Part shown: in pieces, positions 12,808 to 25,733 of the stretch | How the letters are laid out: each line of letters starts with the position of its first letter | Position numbering within the stretch: the stretch's first letter is position 1 | NCBI GenBank assembly: GCA_036785375.1 | Contig: JAWMAR010001538.1 | Coordinates: 62,001-126,000 of the forward strand | Reading direction: 5' to 3' | Length of the DNA: 64,000 nt | Source: Leucoraja ocellata | Lineage: Eukaryota | The notes under the pieces: generated by a model | The model's database searches: none | What the model was told of the DNA's origin: nothing | The model's input: the letters and a program-made list of their open reading frames with translations, nothing else | Translations under genes and position numbers: made by a program

Positions 12808-14106
12808 GAAACATAGAAACATAGAAAATAAGTGCAGGAGTAGGACATTTGGCCCTTCGAGCCTGCACCGCCATTCAATATGATCATGGCTGATCATCCA
12901 ACTCAGTATCCTGTACCTGCCTTCTCTCCATACCCCCTCATCCCTTTAGCCACAAGGGCCATATCTAACTCCCTCTTAAATATAGAAACATAGAAACATA
13001 GAAATTAGGTGCAGGGGTAGGCCATTCGGCCCTTCGAGCCTGCACCGCCATTCAATATGATCATGGCTGATCATCCAACTCAGTATCCCGTACCTGCCTT
13101 CTCTCCATACCCCCGGATCCCCTTAGCCACAAGGGCCACATCTAACTCCCTCTTAAATATAGCCAATGAACTGGCCTCAACTACCCTCTGTGGCAGAGAG
13201 TTCCAGAGATTCACCACTCTCTGTGTGAAAAAAGTTCTTCTCATCTCGGTTTTAAAGGATTTCCCCCTTATCCTTAAGCTGTGACCCCTTGTCCTGGACT
13301 TCCCTAACATCGGGAACAATCTTCCTGCATCTAGCCTGTCCAACCCCTTAAGAATTTTGTAAGTTTCTATAAGATCCCCTCTCAATCTCCTAAATTCTAG
13401 AGAGTATAAACCAAGTCTATCCAGTCTTTCTTCATAAGACAGTCCTGACATCCCAGGAATCAGTCTGGTGAACCGTCTCTGCACTCCCTCTATGGCAATA
13501 ATGTCCTTCCTCAGATTTGGAGACCAAAACTGTACGCAATACTCCAGGTGTGGTCTCACCAAGACCCTGTACAACTGCAGTAGAACCTCCCTGCTCCTAT
13601 ACTCAAATCCTTTTGCAATGAAAGCTAACATACCATTCGCTTTCTTTACTGCCTGCTGCACCTGCATGCCTACCTTCAATGACTGGTGTACCATGACACC
13701 CAGGTCTCGCTGCATCTCCCCCTTTCCCAATCGTCCACCATTTAGATAATAGTCTGCTTTCCCGTTTTTGCCACCAAAATGGATAACCTCACATTTATCC
13801 ACATTATACTGCATCTGCTAAACATTTGCCCACTCACACAGCCTATCCAAGTCACCTTGCAGTCTCCTAGCATCCTCCTCACAGCTAACACTGCCCCCCC
13901 GCTTAGTGTCATCCGCAAACTTGGAGATATTGCCTTCAATTCCCTCATCCAGATCATTAATATATATTGTTAATAGCTGGGTTCCCAGCACTGAGCCTTG
14001 TGGTACCCCACTAGTCACTGCCTGCCATTGTGAAAAGGACCCGTTTACTCCTACTCTATAGCCAATGAACTGGCCTCAACTACCTTCTGTGGCAGAAAAT
14101 TCCACA
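12808..14106 (-). mobile_element. Young CR1 LINE (about 12985-14056) inserted into another copy of the same CR1 family (12808-12984 plus 14057-14106)
   Basis: ORFs GVPQGSVLG..ISKFADDTK and a 244-aa ORF2 C-terminus; two (TTTCTATG)n tails; the host copy resumes at ATAGCCAATGAACTGG. Confidence 0.92.
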
Positions 14107-16029
14107 CTTTTATTTCAGATTTTCTGGATCTGCAGCTGTTATTTTCTCACTGTCTAGGGTGGGAGTTGAACCTATTAACTTCTGACTCAGTGATGATAAT
14201 GATTTCACTGAGGACCCTGGTGCTGTTTGCATTTGGCTAACTCATACAGTGTTACAATCTCTGCCAATGGAGGAGCCTGTCTCAGGTCCCTCATCCCCAG
14301 GCGTTGGGTAGGTAGAGATAACCCAGAGAGATGGTTTCCTCTTCCCCAGGAGCTCACTGCCCCCACAGAATCGACCTGTGGCCTTGGCTGCCTTCTCCAT
14401 CTCTGACCCAGGGTTTCCTGGTGAGCAGCAGCTCACAAGGCAATGAGGGCTTAAAGCCGGCAGTGTTTCCTGCACTCGGAGAATGACGGTAGTGTGGGTA
14501 GCTGGGCCTTCACTCACATGTGGGCTTATGAGGTGGTGGTAGAGGAGGGGTGGGTGGGGCACAGGTTTTATAGATGAGTAGGGGTCATGTAGCCTAGGCA
14601 ACCTTGCAGGCTGAATATAGCCAGGGATTGGGGCATGTCAGCGGATGTTCCAGTTACTTGGAATGTGCAATCTGCAGTTTGGGAAGCTGACCCAGGAAAA
14701 TTAGGACTGCACTGCACGGCTATTCGACTGTCTACAGAGAAACCCTCAAACCACACACACCGCCCTGACTGGGAGATGTACGGTCCATGTCCTTATTAGA
14801 ATTCCAGAATAGCCAGTTGGGAATTCTTTCACCACTAGCACTCCAACAGACCAACAGCTGGATGTCAACCTTCTGACAGGTTCAACATTATGTGGGTGAC
14901 AAAGAATGCAGATGAACCAGAATGTTACCTTCCCTTTTTAACTGGCCATTTCAGGATCTGCTTGAGACTAATCATGAAGGCAAGAACTAAGCAAATCATT
15001 CTACCAAACCAAATCCAACTAATAACAAATCCATTCCACCATTGACCCTCAGTCATGGAAACCTTTACTGTGGTGCCTTCCATGTGCATCTGGCTACTTA
15101 GACCGAGATTCTCAATGGCTGCAATCGCGGTGATGGAAGTCTGTTCCCACATGATGTGCAGAGTTGTGAGGAATTCCCAGACTGCCTGGCTCTGGGCTGC
15201 TTCAACTTGTTATGAATGACCACACACTGTTAGAGAGTAGTGGTGGGATCGTGAATGCTCTCGACCTGAGAGGGACTAGGCAATTAATAGAAGAGGGGAA
15301 GACCCAAGACATTCTATATGTGTTTTACGGAGGTAGACCCATGGCTCTCTCCCTAGAATAGTTCACAGAGCCCTTACTGCATCTCATCTACTGTCACTGC
15401 CTCTTTATATAGAGCAAGGTTCTCCTGGAGACACGAGGAACTCCAGATGCTGGAACAATGAGCAAAACACAGTGCTGGAGAGGTAATCATGCATAGTATT
15501 TTTATTGACTGAATAGCACGCAATAAAAAGATTCTCACGGTACCTCAGTACGTGTGTCGATACAGTAAACCGTTGTTATAATGGACCAGGTTATTATAAT
15601 ACAATGCCCCGGCCTGTTGGAAGGCAGGATAGAGGCAGGAATTGGCAGTCAATGGTCTGGGTCCGCGGGTAGTTGGTGTGCAGGTGAGGGTCGGCAGTGG
15701 CGGGTGGTGGTGGCAGACACGGCGTGGAAGTGGTACGAGTGGGGGGTGGGGGGGTGCAGGCAGCCCACAAACAACTTGCTCCAAACAACGTTTGCAAGTT
15801 CCTGTGTAATACCACCAGAGTTGGCCTTACCTCAATGTACATCTTTAACCGTGTGGGAAGGAACTGCAGATGCTGGTTTAAACCGAAGATTGACACAAAA
15901 AGCTGGAGTAACTCAGCGGGACAGGCAGCATCCCTGGAGAGAAGGAATTGGTGACGTTTCGAATGTGAGACCCTTCTTCAGACATGACTTCTTGTTACAT
16001 CTTTAATTTCTGGATTACTTAACTTTTCC

Positions 16030-16880
16030 ATAACTATTTTAAAACTAATAGAATTGGTTACTGGTTCCAGAGTGTTGGCCCACAGACTCCTCAGTTCCTT
16101 CTCCTGGCCTATTTCCTAACAGTAGGTCAAGCTTTGCCCTTTCCATTGAAGGGCCATCTAATTGCCTGAGGAAACGTTTCTGAACACACTTGTCAAATTC
16201 CACCCTATCTAAGTCCTTGGTGCTATGGTAGTTAAAATCCCTTACAATGAGAACCATATTATTCTTGCCGCTACCTTCAATCTCCCAGCATAATTATTCC
16301 TTTAATTCCCATTGACTTTTTGGGTGGCTATATTACAATCTCAACAAGTCTGAAGAAGGGTTTCGGCCCTAAACGTTGCCTATTTCCTTCGCTCCATAGA
16401 TGCTGCCTCACCCGCTGAGTTTCTCTAGCATTTTTGTCTACCTTCTAAGACGATCAGCCTCTTTTTATTTCTCAGCTCCATCCTATATAGCCTCATCAGG
16501 TGATTCCTCAGTAGTGTCATCTCAGACTACTGCCATGATGTTCCCTTTAATCAATAAAACTTCAGCAACCTCCTCCTCTCTTTCCCCCACCCCTGTCTTG
16601 CTGTAGCATCTGTCCCATCTTTAATCAGGTTTCTGCAATGGCTATAATATCCCAGTCCCACATACCTATCCATGCCCTGTGATCACCAGTGTTTAATTGT
16701 CTCCCTTAATAATTCTGTGCCTTTGGTGGCTATGTACTGGCCTTTCTCTTGTTTGAAGTGGCAGCACTTAATCAGGTGGTCTGCCTGTCCCCTCCCCTTA
16801 CCTGCCAGGCCTCTTGCATTGAAATGAATGTAATTCATCGAGCAGACTTTTCTTGTTCCCTGCTCTGTTCCCAATCGTCG
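16030..16880 (-). mobile_element. Old CR1 ORF2 endonuclease region, interrupted by a Penelope-derived element (16347-16445)
   Basis: HFNARGL and VRDFNY..LDLLLGN motifs of the APE domain. Confidence 0.7.
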
Positions 16881-16965
16881 TGTCTACTGAGCGTACTCAC
16901 ATTAGCATCTGTGATAGTGTATCAGTTTTTCTCTCTCTATTTTGCAACTTTTGCATTGGTGTTTC

Positions 16966-17325
16966 CAATCCAACTCCAATCCAACTTTATTTGTTAAGCA
17001 CTTTAAGACAACCAATGTTGCCCAAAGTGCTGTACAGAAGAATAAACAAGACATCATAAACAGACAACATAACAGAACATAATATAACAGCTCACATAAA
17101 GCGCAAAAATTACATATGAAATACAACAATAAATTAAAGACATAAAACATGAGTAAAAATAATAACCACGCAATAAAGCAATCAAAATAAGAAATTAAAT
17201 CAAGTAAATAAAGTCGACATCTTACTGGGTATCAAAGGCCACGGAGAAGAGATGGGTTTTAAGAAGTGATTTAAAAACAGACAGAGAAGAGGCCTGTTTA
17301 ATGTGGAGAGGGAGATCGTTCCATC
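16966..17325 (-). mobile_element. L2-clade LINE 3' end
   Basis: Minus strand FKSLLKTHLFSVAF followed by an AT-rich UTR ending AAAGTGCT..AATAAAGTTGG. Confidence 0.65.
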
Positions 17326-20300
17326 ATTTTTTGGTGTTTGTGACCTAACTGCTCAAATTTCATAGTTTTTAAGTTTGTTTGTTCATGCTCTTTCTCTTTC
17401 TAACAAACCTCGTCAAATTATCAACCAGGTGACTTCATCTGAAGTGTTTCCCCACACCGCTGGCCTCATCCCATCCATGTTACCTGCAATGCCAGTGACT
17501 CCTCACGCCTTACACCCCCCTTCAAAATCTCTGCCTCTTAGACTCTAGCACGTTGCGTTGGTGCTCAAGCCGGTAAACCCCTAACTCCCAAGATGACCTC
17601 CAACCTGCAAACCATGCTCTCTTTCTCTCTCGGCCTCCCTTATTAACAACTGACAATCTTTATCCAACCTTTTGGTAATATGATGCCTTATGTCCAGTGT
17701 GACGTGTTTACTCTGATAATAAATATGAGAATTGTAATAACTGACACAAGCATCCAACTATAAATAACACCCTTTAATGATCAAACCACTCTGAAACATT
17801 TAAAATTCACTTAACAATATATCCATGTAATTCGCTTGACTACATTATATTTTCATGTCACAATAAAGGTCATTACAGGTGACCTAATTACCAAATATTT
17901 CCACAGGTGAAGAATCAAAACCTCTGTATTAGTATAGAAAATGCTCATTGATTACATAGGCATGAGGTGAGCAGGTATTGGAAAGATACATACTAGATAC
18001 TGGGGATATAGACATCATACAGATAAGTATTGGATACATAGACACTCTATGGATAGGATCATTGAAAGAACGCTCCAGCAGGGCAATTTAACAAATCATC
18101 TTTGTCCATTAAACTCATTGTCAGCTCGTGAATGTATATTGCACATCGCTATGGGTCTTGGCCAGTGTTTAATAGTCTCCCTTAGTAATTCTGTGCCTAT
18201 GTACTGGCATTTCTCTTGTTTGAAGTGGCAGCACTTACTCAGGTGGTCTGCCTGTCCCCTTTATTCCAACCCTGGCCTTCGTATTCTGTGATCTACTCTT
18301 ATCAGTGTGGCTTGGGATTTCAGTCGGCACTAAAGCTGATACAATCACTGAAACAGATAGCATGGTTGTATTAGCCCAGTACAATTACATCCCGGGAATT
18401 CCCTTAGCTTCAATTGTTCTTGAACAAACTGAGCTACTACACACTGAAGAACAGTACCCAGACAATGCATGCGTGACTCATGGCTGTAGCAAAAATAGTT
18501 ACAAGCCACAGGAATTAAATGTTCCACCATCAGAACCCCGTTTGAACAGAAATTTGCTATTAGAATTTATTTTAAAAATCAGTTATCTCCATTGGAATTT
18601 CAATAGTGTCAATTTGTGCACTGAGCCTGTTTTAAAGAAGAAGCCTCAATATTAATATTCCATTTAAATAGATGGGAGATAAGGGGTGCAGATGAACGCG
18701 AACCGTGATGCCAATCTGTGTACAACACTGACTTGACACCAGAGTTACCACCTGGAGCTTTTCACTCTGGCTAATGCTCTCTCTTAACCTCACATGGAAT
18801 TAAATAGTAGCAAGGAATCTTGCTGTTCCCACAGTTTAATTTGGGAACACAGTCTCAATTTAATAACACTTGCTGTTCCCATAGTCTCAATTTAATAAAG
18901 TTGTCCTGGGCTAGTGTGATAGATACTGAAGTTACATACCCTGGACCTCTACACAAAGCCCAGACAAGGGGGCAGATGAGGACAGGCTACCCGAAGAAAG
19001 AGGAGGAAGGGAGATGGAGGTAGGACGGGCAGGAGGAGGAGATGAAGGAGGAACACTACAGAAAATCGGACCTGTCCAAGACATTCATGGAGTACTTTCC
19101 CTTGAGCTCCGAGTGAGGGACAACATAGAGTCATATGGCATGAAAACAGGCCCTTCGGTCGAATATGCCCATACAAACCAAGATGCCCCATCTGTACTAG
19201 TCCCACCTAAAAGAGTCATAGAGCATGGAAACATGTGGTATCACTAAAGACATTCTTCAGCTCCAGATGTGCCAGCTGATGTTGCTCTTTGTTCGATGCA
19301 GGCTGGCATTAAGCATTGCGGACTACTGTTAGCCCCTTATGGCATTGAATTCCTTTGGGAGGCATCCAGCTGATGAACAACACCGACTGAGTGTGACAAT
19401 CATGGAAATGAACTAAGAGCATCAAGCTGATGTGCAGGAGGTCACGAGACATATTTCACCAATAGGTAAATATGCCAATTATCACTTCCCTCTGTTTCCT
19501 CCGAATCCCATTTCCTAACCATTAATAACTTGCCTTCAATATCCGGAGCCTTAACTTCATATGTGCATGGGCATAGTTGCAAGTGATGCTATCAATGCTC
19601 ATATCATTAAAATTCGCAGACATTACCTTTTCCAAAATCCAGCACCTCTTCTGCTCATTCCATTTAGTTTGTGGTGTGTGATCTTCTCCTCACTAACTGC
19701 TTGATTTCTCCCTGGTTAACTGAAAATATTCAAGGTGTTCAGTTTCCCTGTCTAATCGCGGGCTCTGGGAAACCCCCAACTCTGAGCATTAGGTGAGCTG
19801 GCCCCTGGTTTATTTTTTACAACTTGCCGAAATAGTGGAGTTACTCATCTGAACAGAATTGAATTGAATTGTGAGAAGCAGAACCAAGTAATGTAGATGC
19901 CAAACATTCAAGGAATATGATAATTAACTTGTGGCCAACTGAATTAACTTGGAGCAACGGCACCAGATTGGTATGGGAAAGAAGACAATAAGTGCTGGAG
20001 TAACTCAATAGGTCAGGCAGCATCTCTGGAGACCAGAGACCCGACCCGAAACGTCGCCCTTCTACCTTCTCCAAAGATGCTGCTTGGCCCGCTGCGTTAC
20101 TCCAGCACTTTATGTCTTCTTTTTGTTGTAAACTAGCATCTGCAGTTCCTCGTTTTTACAGAGTGACCACTACCTACAGAACCGCACCAAAACATGAGGA
20201 GCTGGAGAAAGACCCGAGTACTTTGGACTATTCTCCGAGGAATGGGTTATTGATCACAATGAATGGCGGTGCTGGCTCGAAGGGCCGAACGGCCTCCTCC

Positions 20301-20619
20301 TGCACCTATTTTCTATGTTTCTATGAACTGGAGAAATGTCTGAGACAATGGGTTAAAGTGAGCAGAACCCGATTCGTTTGTGGGAGTTGTGGGAACATGA
20401 AGTGAACTAAATCTGACAACCCGGCCTCGATGGTGCAACCTGATTAGCGTGTGATTAATATTAAATAATTACTTTTACACCGAAATCCTGGACATGTCTG
20501 GGTAATAGCACCGGGTGTACTGTACTCCCAGCCGTGGCTCAAGAAGACAGCTGGCTCTTAAAGGCATGTGTGAGTGGGCACTAAAAGCTGCTTTTGCTTG
20601 CGATGTCCACATTCAAGCG

Positions 20620-20850
20620 CTGAGAGATGTTGCTTTAGAGACCCGGGTTCGATCGTGACTCCGGGTGCTGTCTCTACCGAGTTTGGACGTTCTCTCTGTG
20701 ACCTCCGCGGGTTTTCTTCGGGAGCTCCGGTTTCCTCCAAAGAAGACAGGCTTGTAGGCTAATTGGCTGTGGTATGATTGTAAATTGTCCCTAGTGTGTA
20801 GGATAGTGTTAGTGTGCAGGTTGGTGAAGCGCTGTATCTCTAAACCAAAT
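20620..20850 (+). mobile_element. V-SINE (HE1-like)
   Basis: GACCCGGGTTCGATC B box, V-domain GGTGCTGTCT..GAGTTTG..CTCCGGTTTCCTCC, tail TATCTCTAAA. Confidence 0.8.
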
Positions 20851-22459
20851 TAAATATAACATGAAATAATGAAAACAAACTTCTCCTGTGAGGAACTGGT
20901 GTAGCTTTGTACCTGCATTAATGTTTGATGCGTCGAGCCCTGTGTGCGGAACTGAACGGACGCGAGGTGCACTGGACTGCACAGAAGGAAATGATCTGAC
21001 ATACTAATTACCCAGCAAGAGTGGAGAATTCCTAATTGGTGCAGGGCCGACGGGCGGTGCGAGGGCGGGGAATGATCAGGGTTTGGGCGACAGCAAAGAT
21101 CTTAGATCCGCTATAAGATCTTTGGGCGACAGTGCAGGAGCCTGCGGGATCTTTCTGATCAAGAAACATATCATTGGAGCACAGATCCACACGATGCAAT
21201 GTGCAGAGCGATGCAGCCAGAGCAAGCAGTGGGATTTTACAAATCAATGCCCTCTGTCTGACTGTCGGCGGGGTCTGCTGGTCCCACCTCTGCTCTGGAG
21301 GAGTTCGGAAAGTCCTGTAATTCCCACACTAAACAGGCCCTGGACAGTTGGGAAAGTTTCTGGTTCGAAGGATGAAGGCTTTTGCGTGTCAGAGAACCAG
21401 CAAGGTGAGCAATCAGGTCAGAAAGAGCAGGCCTTTGTCCGCAATTAGTTAGGAGCGGACAACTACACCGACAGTCGACGGCTCCAAATTAACTGCAGCC
21501 AAGTAGCGAACACGGAGAATGCACGAAGCGCTCAGTCTTTTGGCGATCGACAACATTAACCTTTTTCCACGGTTGCTGCATGATCAACCGATTTTTCCCT
21601 GCATTTTCTGGTTTTCTTTTCGATTCTCAACGTCTCCAGTTTACAATTTTCATTTAACCGAGCAGCAGCTAAAGAGAAAACCAGCACCAATCTTTCAATT
21701 GATGTTCCTGCTTCCCGCTTCCACTTCCGACCGTTGGACTTTGGGGTTCAATTCTCGGGTCTCTCATCTCCTACAAAAAAAAACACACGGCTGGAGAAAC
21801 TCAGCGGGCCAGGCAGCATATGTGGAGTGATTGGGCTGCCGTTGTTTCGGGTCGGGAGCCTTCCTCTGTCTAGACTGAAAGAGTGGTGGGAATTGGAGAT
21901 CTACCCATCAAAGTACAGATGAAGGGTCTAGGTCTGAAACCCCATCTGCCCATTCCTTCCACAGGTGCAGCATGACCCGCTAAATTCAATTTTCATTGCC
22001 GCTTCATTTTTGCTCCAGATCCAATATTTGCAGGGTTTTTTTATGTCTCCTTATCTACCATAATTGAGAGTGAGACCCCGTTCTATCCATGTTCATTTTT
22101 ATTATTTCTGCCTCTCCACACTGGTTGTAAGGAACTCTAATACTGGAAGCAGATTGCATGGTGAGGATCAGCGCTCCGGGGCAGCAAGGCAGACGCCGCT
22201 GGCACTGCGGCAGGCTGGGTCCATGCATGGCAGGTTGATCGCGGGTAATCATTCTCGCTGCAACAGTGTACCTACCGCACATCCAACAACCTCCCCACTA
22301 CTAATCTAAACTCCCTTCATCTGCGTCCAACCTCAGTCGCTGAGCTTCAGCGCACTGATCACACACACTCGCCCATAGCCTGAGCTCTTGGTGATTATGA
22401 ACAACGTGAGTTGAAGCAGAGAGACTCAGCTTTGGGCGCAATATTTACAAAGCGAGACG

Positions 22460-22852
22460 TAGAAACAAGAACAGCAAATGCTGGTTTACCAAAAAAAAAG
22501 GACACAAAGTGCTGGAGTAACTCGGCGGGTCAGGCAGCATCTGTGGATAGGTGATGCTTCGAGTCGGGACTATTCTTCAGTCTGAAAAGACTGAAACGTC
22601 ACCTATCCATTTCCCCAGAAGCGCAGCCTGACCCGCCGAGTTACTCCAACACTTTGTGTCTTTTATTTTATTTGTAAAGCGAGCATTATTTATCAGTCTG
22701 AAGAAGGGTCTCGACCCGAAACGTCACCTATTCCTTCGCTCCATAGATGCTGCCTCACCCGCTGAGTTTCTCCAACACAGTTGCCGGCGTAGTCGTAGTT
22801 CTGGTCAGCGTCTACCTTCGATTTTTCCAGCATCTGCAGTTCTTTCTTAAAC
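22460..22852. mobile_element. Cluster of Penelope-derived short elements; intact hammerhead core at 22698-22726
   Basis: CTGAAGA-A-GGGTC-TC-GACCC-GAAACGTC. Confidence 0.8.
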
Positions 22853-23224
22853 ATTATTTAACAACCTCTCTCCAAAGCGCCGGCCCTTACAGTTATGGAG
22901 GTCCAACGCAAGGTCCTGGAAAACACAGAGTTTTCCATTTCTGGAGAGGCAAAGGTACAGAGGGAGAATGGGATTTGTCCCCAGTGCACCAGTACAAGAG
23001 ATGGCAACTCAGGGTAGAGTACTCAGAGACTCAAACGGTCATAAGTGATAGGGGAAGAATTAGGCCATTCGGTCCATCAAGTCTACTCCACCATTCAATC
23101 ATGGCTGATCCATCTCTCCCTCCTAACCCCATTCTCCTGCCTTCTCCACATAACCAACCCACCCCTGACACCACTCATCTCAAAATTGCCACCAGTTTGT
23201 GGTCCAGATACAATATAAAATGAC

Positions 23225-23655
23225 GATAGACATACATTGCTGGAGTAGCTCAGCGGGTCAGGCAGCATCTCTGGAGAAAAAGGACGGGTGACATTTCGGG
23301 TCGGAATCCTTCTTCAGACGGCAAGAATCGAGAAACCAGTCTGGGGCAGGGTTCCGACCGGAAACGTCATCCATCCTTTGGGGGTGAAATCTCGGAGCTT
23401 CTGATTACTTTATTTGCCCAGGGCCACGCAAATATACCAAAGATAGACACACGTAGCTCAGCTGGTCACACAGCTTTACTCCAGCTTTTTGTGTCTATCT
23501 TCGGTTTAAACCAACATCTGCAGTTCCTTCCTCCACAATAACTACTAATCGGCAGAGACAAGGACCTGCAGATGCTGGTTTACACAAAGGGACAGAATGT
23601 GCTGGGGTAACTCAGCGGTTCAGGCAGTATCTCCGGAGAACATGGATAGGACAGG
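23225..23655. mobile_element. Further Penelope-derived short-element fragments downstream of C1QL1
   Basis: Same family sequence present in both orientations. Confidence 0.7.
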
Positions 23656-24418
23656 GACAGATACTAATTGGTGCCTGAACTAAATATGTGAGAGTCGGAC
23701 ATGCGGCTTCCCTTGTGTTCGTTTGCTGGATGTTGGACTGGATCAATAATTCCTAACCCCCTCCACCCCCGGGAGCCACCACCCCTCCCCCCCGGGGAAA
23801 TTAGTTCCTATCGGCACAGTTCACAAACGGGATGAATGGATTTGGGGGCGGGAGTTTGGAGGGGGGGAGGGGGGGGGGGGGGAGATACGGTTGTCTTTCC
23901 TTCCACCCACCCTTTCCCCCCATCAACGGAATATCTGAACGTTTATATGAAAACAAGTCACATTACAGCAGGCAAGAGGCGCGGGTTCCCTGTCTGATCC
24001 ACTGGCAGGTGGCTCCTGTTTTAGCCAAGGGGCTTCTGTCCATCTCGGGCGAGGAGCCGGGTCTGTCCGGTCTGGAGCTCCCAGAGGCTGCTGATAGTTT
24101 GGAATCTATTCACAAAGAGACAAGTGATTCTCCCCGCTCTGCTTGTGCTGTCGGCTGCCGAGCTGAGAATGATCCAAATCAAACGCTACCGCCAGAAAAC
24201 CCCAGGAAAACATCCGGGCGCAGCAACACTTGCTGTCCCCGTGCCTCAAACACTGATCAATGTTGCAGATAAATATCCTTTAAGAGAACTATGAGAGTCA
24301 GCGAGTTGCGAAAAGCGCTCGCCTTTCCAGCGGTGACTGGGGATCGCTGCTCCGTTCCAGAGGTAGCTCCCTCGCCGGAGCTTGAAGGCGAGCGGATCCT
24401 GTTGCCGGAGCTGCCGCC

Positions 24419-24748
<330 letters not shown>

Positions 24749-24797
24749 TCAGAGAGGCAAGGCGGCGGAGAGAGAGAGAGAGAGAGAGCCAGAGAAA

Positions 24798-25210
24798 GTG
24801 TAGGAAGGAATTGCAGATGTTGGTTTACGCAGGAACTCAGCGGGACAGGCAGAATCTCTGGAAAGAAGGAATGGGCGATGTTTCGGGTCGAGGCCTTTCT
24901 TCAGACTAGAAATAGAGAGGCGAGAAGCCATAGGTTTGAGGTGAGAGGCGAAAGATTTAATAGGAACCTGAGGGGCAACTTTTTTCACACCAAGCTTGGT
25001 GACAGGTGTATGGAACGAGCTGTCAGAGGAGGTAGTTGAGGTAGTGAATAATATCACAACATTTAACAACCATTTGGACAGGTACATGGATAGGATTATG
25101 TTTAGAAGAATATGGGCCAAACGCAGGCAGGTGGGACTAGGGTAGATGGGGCATGTGGGTCGGCGTGGGCAAGTTAGGTCGAAGGGCCTGTTTCCACGCT
25201 GTAAGACTCA
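24798..25210. mobile_element. Intronic Penelope-derived element (24798-24907) followed by a CR1 3' fragment (+ strand)
   Basis: Family motifs; RSHRFEVRGERFNRNLRGNFF. Confidence 0.8.
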
Positions 25211-25390
25211 AGGAGGGGGGACACGAGGAAACGGAGAAGAAAGAGTACATGGCATTGAACAGAGTCTGTGCAGGAGACAGGAAAGACAGAAAGCAGAAAA
25301 TGCTGGAATATTGTGTCGCGCAAGGAAGAACGATGAAAGTCAGATGGGCAATTAATAAACTTGCAAATGTTTGAATCTAAGTTTTTTTTT

Positions 25391-25565
25391 GGCCTTCCAT
25401 CACAGCTATGTGATGGATGTTTATGTAAAATGTAATTATGTTGTGTCTGGGTCTATTTGTGTGTAATGTATGGCTGCAGAAACGGCATTTCGTTTGGACC
25501 TCTAGGGGTCCAAATGACAATTAAATTGACTCTTGACTCTTGACTCTTGACTCTTGACTTGAATC
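25391..25565 (+). mobile_element. 3' tail of a SINE/non-autonomous element (Rex1-like tail) with a (TTGACTC)n end
   Basis: CCTTCCATCACAG..GGATGTTTATGT shared with 49710-49770; hairpin before TGACAATTAAA. Confidence 0.6.
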
Positions 25566-25584
25566 TGCACCAAATGTTTGAATC

Positions 25585-25733
25585 TGCATCTATGGAGCGA
25601 AGGAAATAGGCAACGTTTCGTCCCGAAACGTTGCCTATTTCCTTCGCTCCATAGATGCTGTTGCACCCGCTGAGTTTCTCCTGCATTTTTGTGTACCTTC
25701 GATTTTCCAGCATCTGCAGTTCCTTCTTAAACA
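25585..25733. mobile_element. Palindromic Penelope-derived element in the C1QL1 intron
   Basis: CATCTATGGAGCGAAGGAAATAGGCAACGTTTCG-TCC-CGAAACGTTGCCTATTTCCTTCGCTCCATAGATG. Confidence 0.85.

Noticed and set aside
14242-15152. Several 60-120 aa minus-strand ORFs with a possible donor near 14929
   Set aside because: No recognisable homology or consistent exon chain; cannot be supported without RNA data
23409-23947. C1QL1 polyadenylation signal candidates (AATAAA at 23414-23409; TATAAA near 23947-23942)
   Set aside because: Cannot choose between them from sequence alone; the canonical one sits among repeats
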